A stretch of 58,185 nt of DNA, filler included, from Sphacelaria rigidula (taxonomy: Eukaryota), in the NCBI GenBank assembly GCA_964200075.2. It is 8 parts of 8 records of this genome, joined end to end, with 100 filler letters (N's around TTAATTAATTAA, not from the genome) between each part and the next. Parts side by side here need not be neighbours in the genome. Positions count along the whole stretch, not along the records: positions 51,001 to 58,185 come from CAXNAA020016078.1; 7 more parts are not named here. The stretch is one strand, 5' to 3'. Made by a program: the position numbers and the translations under genes. Every line of letters starts with the position of its first letter. Within the stretch, counting starts at the first letter, position 1. The notes under the pieces were generated by a model. It saw only the letters and a list, made by a program, of their open reading frames with translations. It did no database searches and was not told where the DNA came from. Shown here piece after piece: positions 51,160 through 58,185 of this stretch.

Positions 51160-54100
51160 GCTGCCTATCGCAGCGGTAATGTAGGAGCCTCCGGAGCCGT
51201 TGTGCGGTATTTTCGACCTTATCCCCATCACAACCCCCTCCCCGCCCGTATCCCATTCCAAGTGGTAGAATGGGCAGGTGTCGGAGACCTCCAAATACAG
51301 TGCCGCTTTCGGCTGGCAAGCTTCCCTGCCGGGTTCTACAAGGCGCCTGAGTTGTATGTTGGATGCGACCAATACCAGGCAAATACATTGCTGATAAAGG
51401 ATTTCCTGAGGTATCGACTCTACAGCCTCTCTGGGCGTGCTGTATACCCTGTACCTTTCCCACAAGGGAATTTCAGGGTATACGATCATCTGCTGGCCAG
51501 GCTTCGTTATGAGGAACAGCTCGTTCATCTGATTGAACGTCGAACGCTGCGGTCGGAATCAACGGTGGACGAGGTAGAGACGGCCGGCGGCAACGAACAT
51601 GAGAAAATCAGTTCGGGATACAGAGGAGGGGTGGCGGTTGGAATCGGCGCTCAGACAGGGGTATCAAAACCACGATGTGTAAATGTTCCCGAAACCGCAT
51701 GTCCCCCGGGCATCGCGATGTGGACGCGCCCATAAATGGACCCGAAAAAAACTGTTTTTTCACAAGGTGCGGTAAAGCGGGAGGGAAAAAACTCGATGCC
51801 ACGCAGTGAAAAAAGCTACATTTGCAGGGTGCACAAGACAAAAACGCACACCTATGCCCCCTTTTTTTATTTGGACCTCTCAGGGGGTAGGGGGAGGGGC
51901 GTACTCGTTTGTTGCTTGCCTCAGTCGTTTGACCATTGACCACACATCCTTTTCGAGGCGGAGCACCGTTCCTACTTCTAATGGAGACACCTCCAACACT
52001 TTTGCGCTCATCACATCTCTTCACGAGCTCCCCACGTTTTCCCACGTGTTAGACAAGAACCTTTTGCATCTTATCCCCGTTCTGTTTCGCCGTCTTTAGC
52101 CACCATCTATCTCCTAGGAGAGCCATCGTTTTCTCCCTGTTGTCTAATGCATCAAACGATTGTATACCGCCTTTGTTCACGTCCCGGATTTATCCCTCTA
52201 CCACGTCCCGTTCCGTCCCGTTCGGGTAGGGGGGGAGGGGTTCACAGGTGTGCGTTTTTGTATTTTCTCGTGCACCCTCGACATCCCTTCAAATCATGAG
52301 ACACTCACGTACATATCAGGACGCAAACGGCGGTAAAATGCAAGGGAAAAGAGGGCTACGGGGTCACAGTGTCTTTATCGCCCCCCATGCAGCGCTGTTC
52401 TCACCTCCAGCTTGTAGCCGAAAGTCTGTGCAGCACCCGTCATGATCTTTTCGGTCGTGTCTCCGGGACCCCGAACCAGCAATCCTGCCGGCGTAGTGTC
52501 TGCGGGCAGCGCTGATGGGAGCAGCGTCGGCCCCACGTACACCTCGCCGCTGATATCATACTGCCGGCAAAGATGACGTATGAACACACGCGAGGTCGGG
52601 GTCATTGGTGTGAGCTTCATCTGGCACATCAGATATAGTATGTAGTCATCAAATCCGATTCGGTGCCTGCGCATCGGCCAAAAACGCGGAGTAAGGATCG
52701 CGATACCTCGAGCAAGCATTCGATTTTTCGGGGGCTTGCCTTGAACATCCCCGACATAAAAGCTTTTTGGAAGGCCCTCTCCATACGGCTCCCAACCTCG
52801 GTTGCGAGACCGCGGTTGTGTAGGAAGAGCTCCGTGGGACAACCAAGCTCGAGAGCGACCTCCAGTAGCTGCGTGTTCTCCACCCCGATCCCCATCACGG
52901 CATCTCCTGCCAGGGTGAACCTGTCCGATGACAGTACGATGATCCCGACGCCATGAAAGATTCACCGCAACTAATCACTGTGGGGAGCATTTTGAATTTG
53001 ATGATTCCCGCTCGAAGTTTTTGCTGAGACTCGTCCCAACATGTATTAATTGCCACGTGAATGCATGCGTAGGATCTCTCTAGTATTTCGGACCCCCCTC
53101 CGTTCGATGAAAGCACAACATCCGGAAGTGACATATACACACACACATATATATATATATGCCGGTGTTGTTGGCCACAACGCCTACAATGACGTCGACT
53201 CATCTCATGTCTCTCACGGCGCGGCATGCTCCGGTGCCGCCCGCCCACCGGAAGTGGAGTTTCCACTAGGATCGTCGAAAGTGCATACTGTCTCACATGG
53301 GAAGGAGGATACGGGGTCAGAAAATATGTAATCACCTGTTGACGAATGTAGCCAGTACCCGCGGCGGGAAGGAATCGACAGGTCCCCAACAGGCCCGCCC
53401 TGCTTGTACGCAAGCTTGTCTTCTGGCCCCCTGCCCATCGTTTGCCAGCGTTCCGGCACTTTGCCGTTGCTCTTCGTGCCGCAGGAATCGGCGAACGTCA
53501 CCCTCGGGTTTACCGTGAATGTTTTGTTCTCTTCGCTCGGTTGCTTGTGTGCCACCATGATGCCCTCCATGTGAGGGCAAAAATGATGCTTCTCGTGTTT
53601 CTTTCGGGAGCCTCCGTGGCGGCTGGAGTACTCTACTAGCACTTAGTCGTCTTCGACCACCATAGAAGGGTCGGCTTCGATCGCGCCTGCGTAGGGGTGC
53701 GCGCCGCGGTGGATCGCAGCGACGGTGAATGTTCAGGGGGTGCCAGGGGAGTATCAACATCACCACAGGACGCCGTATCAGAGCAATGAACGATGTAGGA
53801 AAGCGGCGATTCAATGTGACGGACTAAACAAAGCACGCAATTTACCCTATCCGCGCTCGTGTGGCGGATACCGACTCAGACGTGTCTACCCTGCTTTCAG
53901 CAACATAGATGCCACGGTTGTGCCTGCCACGAACCGTGCAGACCGTGATACCTTGGATACGATGTCCGTGTCGATTCCAGGGCCGCGGGACTGCAAAGGC
54001 GATGGTGCCCACCGGATGCAAGACTTCCAGCACCTTTTCAACGAACCGCTCTAAGTATCCCTTGTTGTCATCGTTTGTCGTGCTCAGCATTGTTTTCTCG

Positions 54101-56157
54101 ACTTCGATGGAGACCATGATGAGCTTCGGCGGTCTCTTCACAGGGAGTGGCTCTTGTTGGTCAATCATAGTGCAGTGGCGGCGGAGTAGATTATCCTCGT
54201 GTTATGCTCGTGTGTGATGAGCCCTGTACAATATCACGTCGCAAGGACGCAATAGCATCGTCAGTTTTCCTTCGTTGCGCGCTGGTCGTCCGCGTGTCGC
54301 GGGGTGTAGCGTGTGTTCTCCGGTATAGCCCCTCCCGAGAAAGTGGTTGGTTTGGGGGGGGGCAACAACCAACACGTCAAATCGATATGAAAAAATACCT
54401 TCATATTGAGCAGATTGAAATATCGACGCTTCTGTTTGCTTCCGTCCATGTCGAGTAAACAAGGCCCTCCATGCACTCTGGAATCAAACATCACGCGGTG
54501 GATAGCCATTCATTGTTTTGGTGGCGGTTTTGGGCTGGCGTTGGGGTGGGGGCTAATCCGGCGTAATTCTTCGGCTTGCGTTCCACTACGGTGGCTAGGC
54601 TGGCGGCTCCACCGTCAGGTTTTCATAGTCGCGCAGTGCGCGAGGTTGGTCGACCTCGTCAACGGCCACCAGGATCATACTCATCGCCTTCTCTGCCATG
54701 TATCACTGGAGATGGTGTACACATGTTGATATTTGCGGATTCTGTCGTACCAATGGCGGTCACAATTACCGCGCGCCGTCGTCTTCAAGGGCCGAAAGAC
54801 AGGAAGGGCACCTACGAACAGCTGCGCTTGACAGTCCCAGTGTCGCATGTCGACCGACTTGTGCATGCTGTCACAACCGTCGTCCAAATGAGCAATCTAA
54901 AGGTGAGCCTCAGTCGACGACACAGTCTCCACAACGGCAACCTGTCCTCGCACCTTCTGCTTTCCACGGTGGGACCGACAGGTGGGAGCCATTGCCCTGC
55001 TTGTGACGATTTCTTCCCTCTTTTTTTAGGATTCCCTCCGCCTCCGAATCCGTCAGTTCTGTCCCCTTTCCTCTTCTGGCGCCCCGGCTCGTCCTCGTAG
55101 ACAAGGCAAAGACGTCGCTTCCTCTCGGCAAGAGATGCATCCTCGGAGACGGGCACAAGCAGCTCACAGAAGGTCTGGTGCTTTATCCCGCAGTGTACGC
55201 AATGGTATCTGCAATTGCGAGGACGGTATGAAAGTGTCGAGCGGTTGGCAGTGTTCCAGGCAAGGTGATTGTTGTTTCAATCATTACACGAAGCCTTCAT
55301 GTGGACGGTAGCATTGTACTCCGCGAGGTCAACTGGTGTGCTCGGCACCGTCGAAACGGCTTGCGTGTTGATTCATGCTATCCATTCTCACCTGACGTCT
55401 GATGATGGGTCGCACGAGGGACACAATTCGTCTTTGCGGCTGCCCTCAGCCGATCGTTGACAATCGCCATTATTCTCCTCCGATTTACCAGCATCCTCGT
55501 CGTTGTCTTCCTCGCCGCCCACGTTCGCCAACTTCAAGCGAGCGATGGTGTTGTTGGCCTCGTCCCACCTCTTCCTCCAACTATCGTTGTACCGCCTCAG
55601 GGCCTCTCTTTGTGCTTTCTGCGAAAACGGGCCGTGGTTGAAAATATAGGTGAACAACCTCGTGGAAATCTTTCAATTGTCTCCCGATCACGTTGCTGGA
55701 TGATCGGGTATCATCCTTGTCGTGCCCATGACTGGCATGCGCCAATATCGCGCGTCGCAAGCCCGTTCTGCGCGATTTGGATTTATTCATCACAGCAGCA
55801 TGTCCGATCTTACGTTTGTATCGTCTTGACGACCTATCGCGCGAATAACTCACTATCCAACATTCAACTCTTGACTTTTGTGTGTCGGTCACGTACCAGG
55901 TCCAGCCGCCGATGGAGTTTGCCCAAACAGACATCTTCGAACTCCTTCATGGCTGTTCCGTTCTGTTCTTCCTCGGGCAGGCTTGCCCGTGTCTCTTCTA
56001 TGCTGTTGTCGACTGATGTGATGAAGTCCGTTACGTGCAGCTTGAAATCCTCTAGCCCGTATGTGCCGCGGGTCAACTCGCGAGCAACCCTAGTCGCGAT
56101 GATGTTCGCGGAGCGCAAAACACCTCCCGTGAGCGTTACTGCGCCTTTGCCCCTCAT
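51160..56157 (-). pseudogene. Multi-exon, short-intron gene of unknown family with Cys/His motifs; partly disabled
   Basis: Co-oriented coding-like blocks at about 56157-55864, 55770-55392, 55209-54990, 54170-53845, 53690-53336, 52921-52740, 52666-52405 and 51546-51160. Many have CAG acceptors or GTGAG donors. The 52405/51546 join is in frame, but some joins or frames are broken. Confidence 0.5.
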
Positions 56158-56780
56158 GCTAGTAAAGCCATTGTTTAGTGCTAGTAGTTACACAAAAGAT
56201 TCGGATCGTGGAGCGTAATTTATGCTCGAATTTCACAAAATATGTGCTCGATCCATGCTCGCAAGATGGGATTTATGCTCAACTATGCTCGCAATATCTA
56301 ACAAGCACCATTTTCGACCGGATGCAGACCCACCAATCACTACATTTAGATGTATGAAGGGAAACAAAGAAACGAAGTCAGATCGGCAGTTAGAATGACT
56401 GGTTCATCAAAATTCACGTATATCAGACCCAGCCGTGGTCGATGATAGCAGAGTTTAACCCCAACATATCACACCACGTCGACATGTAGAAAATTGTTGC
56501 CAACTCTACTGCAGAATTTATGCTCGAGTATGCCCCCGATTTAAAAATTAGTATCGATCACGCTACTTGCCGAAACGCTGCGCTATCTATGCCACCTGCT
56601 GAAACGCTACGCTTTTATGCAAGGTGGAATGATGCCAGAAAGTGTGCTAGCACAGGGATGCAAGCCTAAGCGTGACACAAACGTGTGCTACACGCGCGAT
56701 CCTTACTTTCGAAATACTGTAGCCTACGACAACGGTTACGGTCCACCGCAGCCGACGCGCGTCTTACAATTAATGCAAAC

Positions 56781-57930
56781 CTACTCTTCGAAGACGTCGG
56801 TCCGCGCCTCACGAGGGATCTGCCTCTCTGAACGCTCCAGGATGGTTGCGGCTGGTCGCGCATCTGTGGAGATACGCCCCCAGTCACTCGCTTTAGGATT
56901 CGTCTTGTTCACCGTTTGGAACCTGCGGGCAGCTCGAATATATAATGTGTGCTGTGAAGAGTACATCAGACTTCTTACTCGTTAGGTGCTGCATGACGGG
57001 ACCAAGGGAAACCGCGTGTGGCGGAACCGATGTCCCGCCCACCGGCAACTCTTTCTGGTGCTCTTGTTTCCGGAGACCCTTCCACGGGATGTTGAATGTA
57101 CTAGAGTCGAGTGATGCTACGGTAGGGGTGCACAAATATTTTCTGAGGTTAGAATTGTTAGGAACCCTTCATCTCTCATCCAAAACACGACTTGTGAAAA
57201 TATGCCAAGTACACCAGGAATACTATTCCAATGTGCTGGTGATATCCCAAATTAATCTGCAAACGGGGATGTCCTGACCCATATTATTGTGCGTCTAGAA
57301 TCGTTAGGAGCCCCTGAACCCGACAAAATTTCGCGAAAAAAGTGCACCCCTACCGTAGCATTGCTCAGTCCGATGTTGGTGAGAAACATTCTCGTCTGAA
57401 AACGGTAATCACCGCCGATGTGCAATGAGCGATTTCATCGTCCATGTTGAGCGTCGTGTGATAAGAGGGTGGCCGCTCCAGCGCGTTCCTCAGCGATGCA
57501 CGGTCGGCGTCTGTGTTTTTGTGGGCGTCGGGTTCGGGTGCGTCACACTACGCATCGTACGTCGAAATCCCCAGCGATTGACCCTGAGGCAAGATGCGAT
57601 AAAGCAAGGGTCATGGGATTATCTAGTCGCATTAGATGGGTGGTGTGTACCTGACGAGCATGTTGATCGCGTCGGATTGGGCCTGGGGTTTATCATGCAG
57701 GTCTGCGTACTGCTTACTTTTGAGAAAGGCCAGGGATATGGCTCCCGAGTCAACGCCACGGTTGTCGCATTGAAACGCCCAAGCGATGGCCTTCATCGCT
57801 CCTGGCAATGTCGACACAACCGCTTTTTCCATTGCCGCAGAATCGTCATGGACGGGACCCGCACGTGCAGCTGTCGGTTTCAAGAGGGGGCGGGGGTGCC
57901 GGCACGCACTGACGGACGTAGGAAACATGT
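56781..57930 (-). CDS. 3' exons of a second short-intron gene of unknown family
   Basis: Coding-like blocks at about 57900-57650, 57585-57413, 57100-56980 and 56922-56781 (CGCAG|FQTVNKTNPKASDWGRIS...DVFEE*). Confidence 0.4.
57109..57366. mobile_element. Complete 258-bp Sola-like MITE
   Basis: 25-bp TIRs GAGTGATGCTACGGTAGGGGTGCAC / GTGCACCCCTACCGTAGCATTGCTC; 4-bp TSD AGTC at 57105-57108 and 57367-57370. Confidence 0.85.
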
Positions 57931-58185
57931 GTTACTGTCGAGTATTTCTGTGTTTGCTCGGCCTATCGTCACGCGAGTCAAGGTACCCCGCGCGCGCTGA
58001 CAGAGCGCAGTGGACGAACAATACGGAGTTCAGGCAGGGCAATCGGGCATAATCCAACACCACCAACCGTTCTCTAGTATCTTCATTTGACGTATAACAA
58101 CAAATTGTGCGAATTGAGGTTTAACTCCGAGATGAAGTTCAAGCCTTTTTTTTTTCAAGCAGAACACGGCATACGATGTGTAGCC

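Noticed and set aside
51142..51735. 197-aa plus-strand ORF (also 55457-56218 +)
   Set aside because: Antisense shadows of the minus-strand coding blocks, which carry the splice signals

Overview
Eukaryotic, repeat-rich genomic DNA, most likely a brown alga (Phaeophyceae) or related stramenopile. This is inferred from GC-rich short exons, long TE-filled introns and the gene set. The window is not one locus. It is eight unrelated contigs of 7185-7186 bp joined by seven artificial 100-nt spacers (N44-TTAATTAATTAA-N44), so no synteny can be read across spacers. Most ORFs in the supplied track are spurious. Recognisable host exons are: the last exon of an SLC25 mitochondrial carrier (8132-8294 +), the last exon of pantothenate synthetase (13956-14163 -), two exons of an FG-GAP/NERD1-like protein (26792-27750 +), a TPR-like exon (33844-33915 +), five exons of a sacsin-like gene with an embedded UBA domain and a probable GC-AG intron (37908-42890 +), and an eIF4E-like N-terminal exon (46262-46327 -). 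Much of the rest is mobile DNA: piggyBac-like ~100-bp MITEs (some in tandem), a Sola-like MITE with a 4-bp TSD, hAT/P-like elements with 8-bp TSDs, a mariner-like transposase relic, an inverted pair of copia-gag-like relics and tRNA-derived repeats. The least explained part is contig 8 (51001-58185). It carries two tandem, short-intron, partly decayed genes of unrecognised family with zinc-binding motifs, possibly a large intron-containing DNA transposon. No CRISPR array or prokaryotic system is supported.
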